This document shows, one piece after another, positions 38,035-51,664 of a stretch of 64,000 bases of DNA (position 1 is its first letter; each line of letters opens with the position of its first letter). Location: assembly GCA_028534125.1 (NCBI GenBank), contig CM052816.1, forward strand, positions 93,870,001 to 93,934,000, in the 5' to 3' direction. The translations under genes and the position numbers were made by a program. The notes beneath the pieces are model-generated. The model was not told where the DNA came from. It saw only the letters and a program-made list of their open reading frames with translations, and did not search any database. The DNA comes from Lama glama (taxonomy: Eukaryota).

Positions 38035-38440
38035 TTTATATTTATCCACATATTTACCACTGCAATAGTTTATTTTTTCTAGCTTTTATGATTCCATCTG
38101 TGTTAATGTATTTTCAACCTAAAGAACTATCTGTAGTATTTCCTCAGCACTGTATATACTGAATCTCACAACCTCTATGAATATGTATTAATTTTGAATT
38201 TAATTTTGAAAAACATATTCACTGGATATAAAATTACAGGTTAGCAGTTATTATTGTTCAGTACTTCAAAGATGTTATTCCACTGTCTTCTTTCATCAAA
38301 AAGATTCTTTCATCCCTATTGAGAACATAACTCTGTCTTATCAGCATTGATCCTTTATAAGTTATCTGAATTCTATTTCTTTTTCAAAATATCATTGTTT
38401 CCATTTTTTTTTTCAAAACTCTACTTTCATTTTCCTCAGG
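38035..38440 (-). mobile_element. Old LINE-1 ORF1-end remnant
   Basis: 'attcactggatataaaattacaggttagcag...cagtacttcaaagatgttattccactgtcttct' is typical antisense old-L1 ORF1 3' sequence. Confidence 0.6.
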
Positions 38441-38444
38441 TTTA

Positions 38445-38574
38445 TGTTGCAAACAAATAAATGTTGTTTGCCATTTCAGTAAACAAAAAATGTTGCCTGC
38501 CATCCCAGTAAATGATGAATGTTGGCCACCATCAAACCATCAGCCACTGTGACGGCTCCCAGCGGTATAGCCTG
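38445..38574 (+). mobile_element. 5' fragment of a cetartiodactyl ERV1 LTR (ALTR2-like)
   Basis: Starts 'tgttgcaaac'. Contains 'tgttgcctgccat...cagtaaa' units and 'ccatcagccactg', which is shared with the LTR at 51012-51443. Confidence 0.7.
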
Positions 38575-38854
38575 ATAAAGCACATCCTTATAAGGCACAG
38601 TTGATGGTACCCCAAAACAATTATAATAGTGACATCAAAGGTCACTAATCACAGATCACTGTAGTGAATATGATTAGTAATGAAAAATTTTGAAATACTG
38701 CAAAAATTACCAAAATGTGACATGGAAACATGAAGTAAGCAAATACTGTTGCAAAAAATGGCACCCATAAACCTGCTGGAGACAAAGTAGCCACAAGCCT
38801 TTGATTTGTAAAACATACAATACCTGCAAATTGCAATAAAATGAAGTGAGCCTG
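38575..38854 (-). mobile_element. Tigger1 5'-terminal fragment
   Basis: Homologous to 28000-28233 in this window ('aatagtgacatcaaag...aaaatgtgaca...aaaaatggcac'). Ends 'gagcctg' followed by TA. Confidence 0.9.
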
Positions 38855-39399
38855 TAGCTCATCACATCCGTTGCAAAGATTATACAGCTCCCCCCGACCC
38901 CTTCAGAGTGTACGGATCAGGATGAAATTGCTAGTTTGAAGGAGAGGAGAAAATACTAGGAAAGTAGCTTGGGGAAATATGTGTCGGCTGTCAGGAAAGT
39001 CTTAATAAAATGTTGACACAATATTTAATGGCATGCCGAAACATAATAGACATTAAAATCTATATTTATTTAGAGACAAGCAAATTTTGAAGGTTAACAT
39101 GAGCACACTGGAAGAAAAAAATGTAAAAACAGGCATTTAATTAGCCTCTTACAGAGAGAGCTTATCAACTTTCAGATGAACTGAGAAGTCCCAGGGATTC
39201 CCGTGGAGCGTGGAAAATCTGCAGAGGTCTGAGAAATACTGAACCAACCAGCACAAAACACAGTAGGTTCAGTAGGTGTTGGGCACTGACTGAACTATTC
39301 TGGAAAGCTTCGTTATGGGGGCTTAGGAAACCAAATGTGCAAAGCCATCTTCCAATAATGTTTCTGAAATTTCTTCACAGGGCTAAATAAGGGGGTAGG

Positions 39400-39960
39400 G
39401 AGGCATTTAGGAGAATATTGAAGATCCAGGGGCAAGGTGATGAGGATATTAAACTAGACTATTTCACAAGGAATGAAAAAGACTCAGTAAGTAGAAGTAT
39501 AAGTGAGAGTAAAAATAAGAACTAGTAGGGAATCCAGGATGGCCACAAAAATGTAAACCTGAAAGATGGGGAAATAATCACTTCAAAAATGAAAATTGCA
39601 TAGCCCAGAGAAATGATATGTTTTGTAGGAAAGACGAATTCAAGTTGATAGAAGGGCATTCAAATGAAGATATCCTGCAAGTCGTCTGAACTAATGGAAC
39701 TCAGGAGAGAGGCCAGTGTAGATCTTTAAATTTGGAGCAATAAGACAGAGCCACCAGGATGAATGAGGTTTTTGAATAAAAAGGTACAAAGAATGCAACT
39801 CGGTTCAGGACTAAACTTTTTCTGTATATATTTTGTGTTGAAAAGAGAAAATTGAAACAGAAGTGATAAGGGAAAAGAAAAAAAAAAAAGAAAATGAATA
39901 AGAAGAGAACCCAGACAGAGTAAAAATCATGAAAAATAAGAAATAAGAGTAGTTTAAAAA
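39400..39960 (-). mobile_element. L2 LINE remnant
   Basis: 'gggcattcaaatgaagatatcctgcaagtcgtctgaac...ggaactcaggagagaggcc' resembles antisense L2. Confidence 0.6.
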
Positions 39961-40303
39961 CAGATCATTGAAAGTTTTAATTAAATTAGAATTAAGTCTT
40001 TCATGTTTTATTATGCATATATTTTAAAATGTGTATTTTAAATCTTCTGTTATGCTATTATAAATAAACTCTTTAGGGAAAGTGTAAGTGAAAGCAGAGG
40101 CAAAATACCCTTAGCAGTTTATGGGTATGTATTTTCAAAATACAATTTGTACTGAATTAGAAATAAATCATAAAAGAGAATTGCTGTGCCAATATGACAC
40201 TGACAGCAGAGGTCTACTTTGTGTGCTGCATTTGAGACGGGGTGCTTCTTACAGGACAGTGATGTATTTGATGTAGAAGCAGTAGTTGTTCTAAAAGAGC
40301 CTG

Positions 40304-40403
40304 TTTTTAATTGAAGTACAGTCAGTTACAATGTGTCGATTTCTGTCTTTCACAGCACAACGTCCCAGTCACGCATATACATACATATTTGTTTTCATAT
40401 TCT
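40304..40403 (-). mobile_element. About 100-bp extreme 3' tail of a camelid-type L1
   Basis: 'tttttaattgaagtacagtcagttacaatgtgtc...cacaacgtcccagtcacgcatatacatacatatttgttttcatattctt' is related to the L1 3' termini at 1068-1220 and 42560-42658. Confidence 0.8.
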
Positions 40404-42260
40404 TGAAAGAGTTTTCCTGTACCCAGAACCTCATAATTATTTGCCTTTTTAAGGTATTCAGGTGCCATTTTGGAGTTCAAATGGAGTCTCCGAGATGAAA
40501 GAACAGCTTCCCTCATTGTCCCCACTTTTCTGAGGACTCTGTGGTTTTGACCCCAGGCTGTTTTATCTTTTAAGCCCTTTAGCCACGTTACGTTAGGGAC
40601 AAAAGAAGAACTTTTCGTAATCCTATGAAATTGTTTGAAAGATAATTTTACCAGTTCTAAAATTCAGTGAGTGATCAGAGTGCTTTCGACTTGATGTGAT
40701 GTAGAATGAGACTTCCAAATGAGACACTAATGAGCCTTTAAAATAGGAATTAAAATAAAGGGGCTTGCTTTCATTCTCTTCTTTAAATTAGAAATAAACA
40801 GTCACAGATCAGCTGTTTCCTGAGATTCGTGCAAAAGTGGTGAAGAGATCCACATTTTTCAGGTCTCCCAGAATTCATTTAAAGAAACTCTTACATCCTT
40901 TGTATTTTTGTCAACATGAAACTTCTAGCATTTCTTCGTTCCATTCTCAGACACATTAACTCACAAGAGTGTTTTCTAAGACTTGGTCACACAGTGGCTG
41001 CGTTAAGTTTATCAGTAGTATGCTAAGCTACTTATAGACAGTCTCACATGTAAAACATTTCCCATTTCCAACTATGAGCAAGAAAGCAGTACAGAAAAAG
41101 TAAAAATAAGCAAAAACCAAAAGGAAGCAGCTCTAAACTGTGATCAATTTCTAAGGTCAATTTTATTCCACTGTAGTAATCAATGATGGATTTAGATATT
41201 TGGTGACAATATAGGGGATTTCAAGATTTTCCTTTTTGAAGTCATCATGTTTATTTCACCAGAAGCTCTTAGCTTTTGGCCTTTAGAGCATTTGTTAAAG
41301 GGATTTGATGACTATTGGATGACTATGTTGGTACCTATTTGGTAGCATCCTTCTGTCCTCTTCTGCAAGTTCCCACCATCTGTGACAGAAGCAGCAGATA
41401 CAACAGGAAGCAAGGATTACAGTTTACTAAGAGAGGCTGCATGCCTCCTAAAGCACAAATCTCAGGGGTCAAGCTGGCCTGGAGACCGCAGATGGACTGG
41501 AGGCCACAATCATGGATTTGGGGACAATACATCCCTCTTCCTCTTACTTCCAAGCTCAACCTTAGAATTCTCGCAGCTACATAAGGTTTCGTGGCCACCA
41601 TGAAAAGTCATCCGATGTCACAGCTGAGACTAAGAAATCGCACAGGGCAATTGTACGCTTTTTTCCTTTCTATGTGGTCTAAGTGGAAAGCGATTGTGTT
41701 ACTTGGAGGTTGTAGCAAAGTTAGGAGAATTTTAAAGGAAAAATGTTGGGTGGTTAGAACTGGGGCAAAGGAGAATAGCAAGCCCACGGGGCAGGGTCCG
41801 ACCCTGGTCGTAACGATGAGTCTAACAGAGTGAGAGCACTTCTCAAACATGGGAGAGACCTACATGCTGTGTTAAACCTGAGTTGCTATTTTCTCACATG
41901 GATGTTGTATAAGGACATTAAGGTGAGAGTCTTTAGCTCATTGTCAAGCTGTTACTTGTAACGGTACATCATGGAACCTAATGTGTTTAGTTAAAGAAAA
42001 AATACTCCTTCTCAGAGCCATGAGACATGCACTGAAATTGATATTATTCACCGCAGGGGATAACTGTAGAAGAGAAATACAGAGAGGCTCAACAAATTTT
42101 AATCACTTTATCTGCTAATCCAAAACATGTTAAAAGAAACAAAGGATAAAATCTCACATGTTTGTTCCTTAAGATTAAAAAAAGTTAACAATCTACATCT
42201 TTCTATTGCCTGTTAAAAGCCTTCAACTTTTGTGAGGACAGGGAATTTCCTTTTTAAAAT

Positions 42261-42658
42261 AAGTGAAGTAAGCCAGAAAAAGAAAGAAAAATACTATATG
42301 ATATCACTTATATATGGAATCTAAATAAATAAATAAATAAATAAATAAAGGACACAAATGAACTTATTTACAAAATAGAGACAGACTCACAGACATGGAA
42401 AACAAACTTGTGCTTACCAGGGAGGAAGGTGGTGAGGAGGGATAAATTGGGAGTTTGGGATTAGCAGACACAAAATACTATATATGAAATAGATGAACAA
42501 GGTCCTACTGTATAACACAGGGAAATCAATACCTTGTATTGGTCTATAATGAAAAATAATATAAAGAGGAATATGTGTGTGTGTGTGTGTGTGTGTATAA
42601 ATCACTATGCTGTGTTCCAGAAGTTAACACCGCATTGTAAATCAACTATGATTCAATT
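42261..42658 (+). mobile_element. 5'-truncated LINE-1 3' UTR (cetartiodactyl/camelid type) with internal (AAAT)n and (TG)n tracts
   Basis: 'aagtgaagtaagccagaaaaagaaagaaaaatac...gacacaaatgaacttatttacaaaa' is the reverse complement of motifs in the L1 at 1068-1970. Confidence 0.9.
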
Positions 42659-45600
42659 TTTTTTAAGTGATTTTGCTGACACAAGAATGCATCTTGATGA
42701 GCCCAACTCCCAGGAGGAAAATTATGATGCAGCACAATTTTATTTTTAGTCAATTGAACACTTACTTTTTAGGCTCAGCCCAACCCATATGCTAACTATG
42801 CAATGGTAAAAAAAGGCTATTGATGGTGTTTAATATATATTAAAGATGTACAAATAACCTGAGTGCAATCAGAAATGTAAATGAATAAAGAATACAGCTC
42901 TAGATGGATAAATAGAAAAATTCCATGCTCCAGTGATTCACTCTTTCTTTTATAGACTCAGAATTTAATACTTATCATGTTTTGGGCACTAGATGTATTT
43001 AAATGAAGAACGAAAAGTATACAAATTTTCCTCATATAATTTGATATAGTCACTCTAAAATATGAGATTGTAGACCTACATATGTTTGCAAGACTACTAT
43101 TGAAAATAGAGTCACAAGGAATCAACAGGAAGTAAAACACAGAGCAAATAGTGTAAGAGCTTTCCCACATTGTATTTAATATTTGTAGTGCCACAAACAC
43201 TAAGACACAACCCAAAGTAAAGTTGTTTGCATTTTCCTAATTAGATATTGGCAACTTAAAAACAAAGGATAATCAGCATTCCAAATGAATGCTCAGGTAT
43301 TGATACAGGCAACGAAATAGTATGTTACTTTTAACACAATTGTGAGTTGCTGACGGGTATTGATGAGAGTGAATCAGACTTTGAATTAAATATTTTCTTC
43401 AAAATACTGCAGTTAACTGGCTTATTCCTTGCTTAGAAAACTATTCAATTGTGTTTAACAATCCATTGCATTATAACGGTAAGAGGCTGTTTAAAAAATA
43501 AAGATACAACAAATGAACTGTATACATTACCATTGTTCATCCCTATTTAATATTCACATTATATGATATAGTACATTCTATACAGAAGGGCTTGATTTAC
43601 ATTTTATAATGAGATAATGGCTTCCTTAATAGTCTTCTAAAGTTGATTTTAAAATCCTATTCTGATTAAAGTGATTATAGACAAATAAATCATGTTAGAA
43701 AGTTAAGGTGGATTTCAGGGTTGATTACATCATTTTGATGGTCTGAAAATGCCCTTTTGAGTGACTTACTCTAAAGCTGACAGCTCTAGTGAGATGATAT
43801 CTGACCAGAATCACCATGCACCTGCTTGAGGACAACAGTTAGGTCTTGATCATTCTCTACTTTACTTATAGAATTACCCTATCTACTTGGTCATTCCTTT
43901 GAAATCTCTCATTATTCATGAAAATGAGTTACAAGTTGCTTCAAGTTTGGTTTAGACTTTAAGTGAACTGAGGCTCACAAACTGAAACAGCATTTATAAA
44001 TCATTTCCTTTTAAATTAAAAATAAAAAATGGTATATAGCCACTAGTTTACCCTGGTTGAGAATAAAAGTGATTAGATCAGAGGTGTAAATTACATTCTT
44101 CCCTTTGCAATGCTGATGAACAGAGTGTCCCTAGCTAAACATGTGTTTCAAAGATTTTGATGACTATTGTAGGATTAATCACCAGCACTTAGTTAAGAAT
44201 TGAGTCTAACTGAGCAATGTGGAAATTAGATTGTGTTATATACTGACAGATTTTCAGATGCAAAAAAATAAAATAAAATAATGTGTACTTGAATTAAAAT
44301 GTTCTAAGGAAGAAGGCTGGAGTAAAGAGAACAGTTTAATTTGATTCACCTGCCAACTATTAGAATTATTAAATTAGAGAAAACTATAGACAACTCAAGT
44401 GATTCATACCCTAAACAACTTTGTTTCTGAAATCTCAGCATTATAATACACAAAAGATTAATTATAAAAACAAACACTGTGTTTTTACTACTTGTTGGAA
44501 ATACTCCAACTTCACAGAAATGAACTCATTTCATCTTCACCCAATAGTGCTTTCATTTTCCTTTATTTCGGTAATAAAGGAAGGTTCTCAATGGAGCCAC
44601 CGGACATTTCAGCTTATTATTCAGTTTTACATTTGTCAGTTCTACATGATGAATGTTTGCTAACATGATGCAATGTTTCTTAGGTTGGTAACTAATACAA
44701 AATGTTTTGTCTTACACCCACACATGTTGTGGTACTTTCCCCCTAACTCATTTTAGAACAGCTTAGAAAAAAAAAAGTTAATTACTAATGGTTATTTAAT
44801 TCAAATCCTCCTTAAAATTCTAATGCAGAGGCTTTCTTTTCCAAAGTGAAGAATTAGGTAATACTGAAAACTAAAATCATTTAAGTATTTTCATATGAAT
44901 AGACTCTTCTGGCAGTTTGATCTAGCGAGCTTTGTTTTATTTAGCCTATAAGTCTCATAGAATGTTAAAATAATCAAGTGTATTAAATTCACTATTTGCA
45001 ATGAGGCCATATAATTTCCTTCTTAAGTCCCCATGGCCTGGTTTCAGTTACCACTATTACATATTAGTTTCATTTAAAGAGTAAGCCGACTTTTTACTGT
45101 AGTAAGTACATGTTCTTATGTCTTTAATGGGGCTGTGAAAATTATTCTATAATTCTTGCAATTCCGAGCTTCTTTATGTTTCCTAATAAAGTTCCTTTCA
45201 AATTTTTACATATGACTTTGCACTTTTGTTTTTTTTCTTTGTATTATGTTTTGTTAATAACTTTGTTTTGCTTGATAGAACTTTCCTTTCAGATTTAGAA
45301 TCATTCTTTTCTAAAGGAATCTAGATTAAAATACACACACACAGGCATCTACACACACATACAAGCATTGACACACACACAATTTCTCTCTAGTTCAGAA
45401 ATAGGGTAAAGAAATTGCAAAATTCCATGCAAAAAAGCATTCATTCAAATCCACACGAAAATATTCTCCCAGTATATCCTTGAGGTTGTGAGCCTGGAAA
45501 TTAATTTAAATGAAGACACACTCTCCTGTTCAGTAATTAAAGCTTAATTTTCCTGAGGGAGGAAATATACTCATAGATCTTATTTTTGCATGCCTTCTCA

Positions 45601-47270
45601 GTCATATTTATGATTCTGGTAAATTCTCTAAGTTAATCACCACTTGTTTTATATAGTTCATTTTCTTAACTCACTAGACTTTTATCCCTTTTACTATATT
45701 TTGAAAGCCAGAGTCTACTTAACATATGTAATATTATTCCTACAATTCCTCAAAATAAGTATAATTCAATGTAAACAAATGCCATTCTAAGCATTATGTT
45801 CGATTTCCCAGTGAAGACAATGGGCAGATTAGGCTTCAGATTCTGTCTCTTGAATATTTCCCCTTTAAAGTTCTCTCATATTTTTTAACAAAATCTCAAC
45901 CATTGAATTGTTGCCCTAACTGTCATAACCTGTATTGTTTTATAGAGGCTGACACTTTCTACTTAATTCCTGAGCAATTATATTCTAATGTCATTTTTAT
46001 CACTGAAATTGTCAAGCAGAGAATCATTTTTCTAAGCAGTTGAGTATCCCACTCATGGTAAAATGGGCTACCTATTATATTCAGCTTGATATATGACCTT
46101 ATCATTGTCCACTTTGTCAAAAATTATTAACTTTGTTACATGTATTAAAGGTAAACCTTGCCCTTTAAAAATATTTTAAGCATCCGAACAATACAGCACG
46201 TTGAATCATGATTTTATTGTGATATTTTGAAAGATAAATTGACATTCTGGTGATTATTTTGTGTAGGTTAATCTATACAGAATTTACATTCATTTTTTTC
46301 TTACTGATTTTTGTGACATAATCTACCATCTGTGGTATATTGCCCAGAAGAATGACTTTTTTGGGGGGCAGAGGGGTGGGTTCTCTCCAGTATTCAAATA
46401 TTCTTGATTTACTTTTTATTGCTTTTGAAGGATTCTTGTAAGAAATATTTTCTCCTCTCCACTAAATAGTTTAAACTTTTCTATTCTACTGTTTTTACTT
46501 TCCAGACCATCAGCCATATAATAGTTGTCTAATCTAATGATGATTTCAGTTTCATATAAAAGTTGCTCTCTAGACAAGCTGACCATAAGAGCATAACTGG
46601 ATTCTATTTAGATGAAATACATTCTAGTTAGTAAGAATCTGGCATACATGCCATTTTTATACAATGAGTAACTTCCATCCTCTTGAAAGAGAGAAGGAAA
46701 CCTAAAGGGGAGGGAGAGAAAGGAAAAGAAAGAGGGGGAAGAGAAGGAGGAGAAGAAGAAAGGGAAAGAAGAAAGAAAAGATATGATACATGGTCTGTAG
46801 AAGGTGACTTGACAAGTCTTATGGATTATAAAATACAATTGTCTGTCTAAGAGTTTTTAGAAAGAAAATACTAGGAAATTTTTATCAATGTCCAAATATA
46901 AATGGTTGGTTGGTTATTGTAACACTATTTATAATATTATAAAATTTGAAACACCTACATGACCGATGATCAGGAATAAGTACTAAATATAGTATGTTTA
47001 CTGCATACATCAGTGAAATTAAAATAACATCATGATATAATTCCTAGTAAGAAAAGTAAATGCCAAATAAATCTGTGAATTAATATGACATTTTGCTTAA
47101 GAAATATATTTTTCCATATAATTCATTCTCTACTTAACACTAGAAAAATTTCAACGTTAGTAGAAAAAAATCAGTCATCAGTTCTCCTTCTTAAACCCAA
47201 ACCAAAGTAAACATTCTCAAAAGGTTTGCCACTGTCACAGATTTGAAAGTTTTATTACGATGATGATATA

Positions 47271-47505
47271 ATAAGATTATAGCTAACAGACAGAATATTT
47301 ACATCAGTCATGCAATCTTCCAAGCCCTTTCATACATTAAATCATTAAACTTCTCAACAACGTTATGGGATAGGCACTATTACTAAAGATAAGGAAACCA
47401 TGACTCAGAGAGGTTAGGTGACTCACCCAAAGTCACACAGAGTAAAGCTCAATTTTGAACCCAGAAGTTTGGCTGCATAATTAGTGCTCTAAATCACTAC
47501 ACTAT
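47271..47505 (-). mobile_element. MIR SINE
   Basis: Core 'gataaggaaaccatgactcagagaggttaggtgactcacccaaagtcacacag'. Confidence 0.88.
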
Positions 47506-47888
47506 TATGAAGTGATTTCTGAATCATGAAAATAAAAAAAGATAATAAATTTATTTCTTATTCTCTAACATTTTATTTAAATAAGAACATGGACATAATA
47601 AAGAGAGCTCCTGGAAATGTATTTTCTAGCACCAAACTTGGAGAGGAGGAGCAATTAGAAATGACAACCCTATGTTGTCTATCTTTTTTCTTGTTTAAGA
47701 AGCTTTATTTTGATTTTTCATCACTTACTCTTTTAGAAATTTTCAACACTATTTGACAGGCTTTCTTAGGAGTTTGTAGAAAATAAAATACACAGCCAAT
47801 GTTTAAAACTGAGAATTTAGAAGTGCTTTCTATTCCTCTGTAAAAGGCTATGTGACAATTTAAAAATATGTCTTAACAATGACTTAAG

Positions 47889-48515
47889 ATAAAAAATCTG
47901 TTGTATTTCTTTACACTAACAGTGAAATACCAGAAAGGGAATGTAAAAAAATAATCCCCTTTAAAATCACATCAAGAATATATACCTAGGAATAAATCTA
48001 ACCAAAAAGGTAAAAGATTTGCATACTGAGAACTATAAAAGATTGATCAAGGAAATCGTGGATGATTCAAGGAAATGGAAGGATATCCCATGCTCTTAGA
48101 TTGCAAGAATAACTGTTGTTAAAATGACCAGACTACCCAAAGCAACCTACAGATCTAATGTAACCCCTGTTAAAGGATCCATGACATTTTTAACAGAACT
48201 AGAACAAATAATCCTAAATTTTATATGGAACCACAAAAGACCCAGAATTGTGAAAGCAATACTGAGGGAAAAAGAACAAAGCTGGAGGCATAACCTTTCC
48301 AGACTTTAGACAGTACTACAAAGCTACAATAATCAAAACAGTGTGGTATTGGCAAAAAACAGACATAGAACTCAATGGAACAGAATAGAGAACCCAGAAA
48401 TAAATCCACACACCTACAGTCAATTAATCTTTGATAAAGGAGGCAAGAATTTACAAAGAAGAAAAGACAGTCTCTTCAGCAATTGGTATTGGGAAAACTG
48501 GACAGCCACATGTAG
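47889..48515 (+). mobile_element. LINE-1 ORF2 internal fragment (downstream of RT), truncated at both ends
   Basis: ORFs 48124-48309 (LPKATYRSN...[26 protein letters not shown]) and 48343-48525 ([23 protein letters not shown]) are L1 ORF2p, broken by stops and frameshifts. Confidence 0.96.
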
Positions 48516-50555
48516 ACTGATTTAGGGGGTGTTGCCATTTTAACAATCTTACAGCAACATAAAGATTAGCCATCTCTTAATAAGAGTAAAATTGAAACAA
48601 CATTCATGGTATCTTATGTGTGTTCTGATCTACTCACATGTGGTGTACTTTAAAATAGCTTAAAAGAAACTGAAAGGCATAATAAGGCAGGAGTTGCTAT
48701 CTTTACTAAAAGGACAGATAAATCAAGAGTAAGCCAAATAGAAAAGAAATAATAGAAATAAAATTAAACTGAAAAACAAATTATAAATCCTTGACTATGA
48801 AAATAGAAGAGACATCATAGTCTGTATTTTTATGTAATGAGAATATTAATATTACCAATACATGTTTGTTCATATATTAACATATAATACTGTAATAGGC
48901 AGAGGACCCCATTTCAAAGAAGGGAAGATGGTTAAGTAGCTTATCCTACGTCTTGGTAGCTCACTGCGAGGACCAGGAATTGAAACCAGAGGGAAAAGCG
49001 ACAACAATGAGGCAATCTGTTTTAGCCACAAATGAGTACCAAGCTGATTCTGCATAAAGGACCATCATCAGTGCCTTATGCGACAATAAGCCTTAATTAC
49101 AGTTATTAAATGAAAAGATGTGTAGTTTACTTAATCTTTCAAATTAGATCTCTTTAAATCAGGGAAGACATACCTGTTCTTCTCATTTTTCATGTATAAT
49201 TCAACCATCCACTTCTTAATGAATGAAAATGTGTTGAAAGTTTTAGCAATATTGAGAAGTAGTACTCTTGATTGAGATAATTATCTATTGTGTCATCTAA
49301 CACATTATTGAAATACTCCACGGCCTTTGAGATTTTCAAATAGTATCTTAATAACAAATATTCACTCGAAGTAAAACCAGCTCATAGTGAAGTTTTGCTT
49401 TATGTGTTGACTAAGACACGTGTCTGTTGATCGTCTAAGAAATTTCTGCAATCTACTTTAAATTCATCATTAAATAAGACATTCAAATATAGACTAGAAA
49501 GAAGTTTACATAGAAATTGTGTACTTAAATATCATAAAAGCATCAGCTTCCTGTTAAATATTTTTATATAAATCTTCAATTACAAGAAACATACTTCTAG
49601 TTGAAATTATTAAAAGTATTAGTGTGCCCTTTACTTTCATCTGGATATAACAGATACATGAATAATTGAAATATTTCTACTATCTAAACGAATGTTAGAG
49701 TATTATGGTCATGTCAAAATAGTTTTGAGGAGAAACTATCATTAATATTTAAGAACTCTCTCTTCTGTATTCTGACAAAACAACGCCAAAGAAATGAAAT
49801 TAGGACCTATGTGTATTTTTCATTTCCAATTTAAAAGGTGACCCTGTAGATACTACAGATGTATGTTATTGCATATTAACTAGTTACTGAATAATTTTTT
49901 TCTTAATACTTGTAGCTGGAATGACTTGACAAAACATAAGGTTTATGTGACCTTCAGTTTTAAATAATTTAACATTCATTTGGAAATGTCTTTGTTAGAC
50001 ATCCCTTTGCCATATGTGCATTCACCCCACATCCTGAATTTATTATCAGAGTGAGATTTGGTGGCGTTGAATCAGTGACAAGACTAATTGAGTTTTCCTC
50101 AAAAGAATTTACATTATTAAAGTTCAATATTTGACACTAAATATTGGTTTGCCTAAAACAATTGTAATAATAGGAATAGTCATATATTATGGAATGTGAA
50201 TTTCACTATTTGTAAAGTAAGCAAGTTAGATTACATTGACAGGGATAGCCCTAAAATAGTATTATTTCAGTATTTTGTGTCATGTTCTGAGATCACAATT
50301 TACTTTGACACTACAGGGTCTAAAAACCTTGGTCTTTTCGCCTTGGTCTATGTTTCAACTTGAATTATCAGACTTTGATTAGCTTACATCATAAGCACCT
50401 TCAGAGATACTTCATTATCATGTTTTTCTGATACGATGAAAATCAAAATATATTTCACACACCCTGTTTTATTGTTTTACTTTATAGTCACGATTTTCTA
50501 AATGGCTGCTTTTATCAGTTTCTTTATGAAGCCCCTTATTTACATGTAATTTGTT

Positions 50556-51549
50556 TATATGAACTTTTAAAAAATACCCTGATGTAAGTGTAAGTTGGTT
50601 TTCCTTTTTTGGAATGCAAGTGCCCAATTTAAGCTTTGATTGTGGAGGTATCTGCTTCAAAGAAGAATCCACTTTGAAGATGGCTATCAAGATAGATATA
50701 TTTCCAGTCACTGGACTAGATAAAAAGTCAGGCCACCTCAGCCACCAGAACCCACGCCCATCCCCCAATCCCTACCCCAACCAAGTTCTTTTGTTTGGAG
50801 ATCTTGGCTGATATGGGTAACTGACAATTTGGGCCCCTTGGTTTGTTTTTTATTTATTTATTTATTTATTTTACTCTTCCCATGCTTTAAATTCCCACTC
50901 GTGTTTTAAATTCACCAATGAAGAATGAGCTTGTGAAACCTTAGACATCTCCACCCTAAACCTCAATAAAAGTGAAAGAGAGCCTCAAGTCCACTTTTAA
51001 ATCTCTCAAACTCTTATAAAGAAAAAACACTGCCTGCCATCAGCCACTGCATCACCCACGGACAGTGCACCTGAGGAGTTCAGGATAGGGAAAAATAGCA
51101 CATGTTCTGTGTTTGGGATATACTATCCCCTAGATAGTTAAGATACCTATCTGAGGACAAATTTCAATGAACCCAAATTCTTTCATCTTCCACTCAATGA
51201 AAAACACAAACATCATTAACATGGAATGTCTCTTCTTTGTGATTGATTAGCAGTAATCTTTTAATGCTTGATTACATGCTTTTTTCCAGAAAAAAATTGT
51301 ATATATCCTAGCTCCTCTTCAACCCTTAGAAGCAGTTTCTTAGCAATCTGAGATGCTGTCTCGTGGGCTATAGCCCTCAGTCAGGTCCCTGAATAAAACT
51401 TAACTCATGACTTCTACATTGCATGTTTCTCTTTCAGTTGACACTCTCTACCTGTGACCTCACTCTGTGGCCCCAGGGGAACCATGTAATTTTCAGGACG
51501 TGTAAGCAATAAGTTTTGTCTCTTTCACCGTTTCCCTGCAATCATAACA
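50556..51549 (+). mobile_element. LTR (MER54/MER74-group-like) hosting a nested ALTR2-like LTR
   Basis: LTR-like sequence 'ccaccctaaacctcaataaaag...' resumes after 51443 with 'ctctctacctgtgacctcactctgtggcccc...caggacgtgtaagcaataag' and ends 'cataaca'. Family and left boundary uncertain. Confidence 0.6.
51012..51443 (+). mobile_element. Cetartiodactyl ERV1 solo LTR (ALTR2-like)
   Basis: Aligns along its length with 53483-53924 ('gacagtgcac..ctgagg', 'ccctagatagt', 'gattagcagtaa', 'ctgaataaaactt'). AATAAA present; ends 'cagttgaca'. Confidence 0.8.
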
Positions 51550-51565
51550 AGAAATACAAGTTGGA

Positions 51566-51664
51566 GGAGGAGTGGGTATGGTTAAGCAGTAGTACACATG
51601 CTTAGCATGCAGGAGGTCCTGGGTTCAATCCCCAGTACCTTCACAAAAAAGGAAAAAAATAAAA
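51566..51664 (+). mobile_element. tRNA-Ala-derived camelid-type SINE (Vic-1-like)
   Basis: 'catgcttagcatgcaggaggtcctgggttcaatccccagtacct' corresponds to the tRNA-Ala(AGC) anticodon arm and T-arm. Box B (GGTTCAATCCC) is intact, box A is degraded, and an A-rich tail follows. Confidence 0.88.

Noticed and set aside
44105..44220. C/D box snoRNA-like arrangement (TGATGA ... TGATGA ... CTGA with ttgc/gcaa flanks)
   Set aside because: Box C lacks the leading purine, the stem spacing is non-canonical, and I recognise no rRNA/snRNA guide. A similar weak case at about 33376-33480 was also dismissed.
48905..48990. Second ETS-IRF-like motif GGAATTGAAACC
   Set aside because: It falls in what appears to be a decayed MIR core ('ccaggaattgaaaccag'), so it is explained by repeat origin.
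51566..51643. Functional tRNA-Ala gene
   Set aside because: The D-arm/box A and acceptor stem are disrupted, and an A-rich tail follows with no T-run terminator: a SINE copy.
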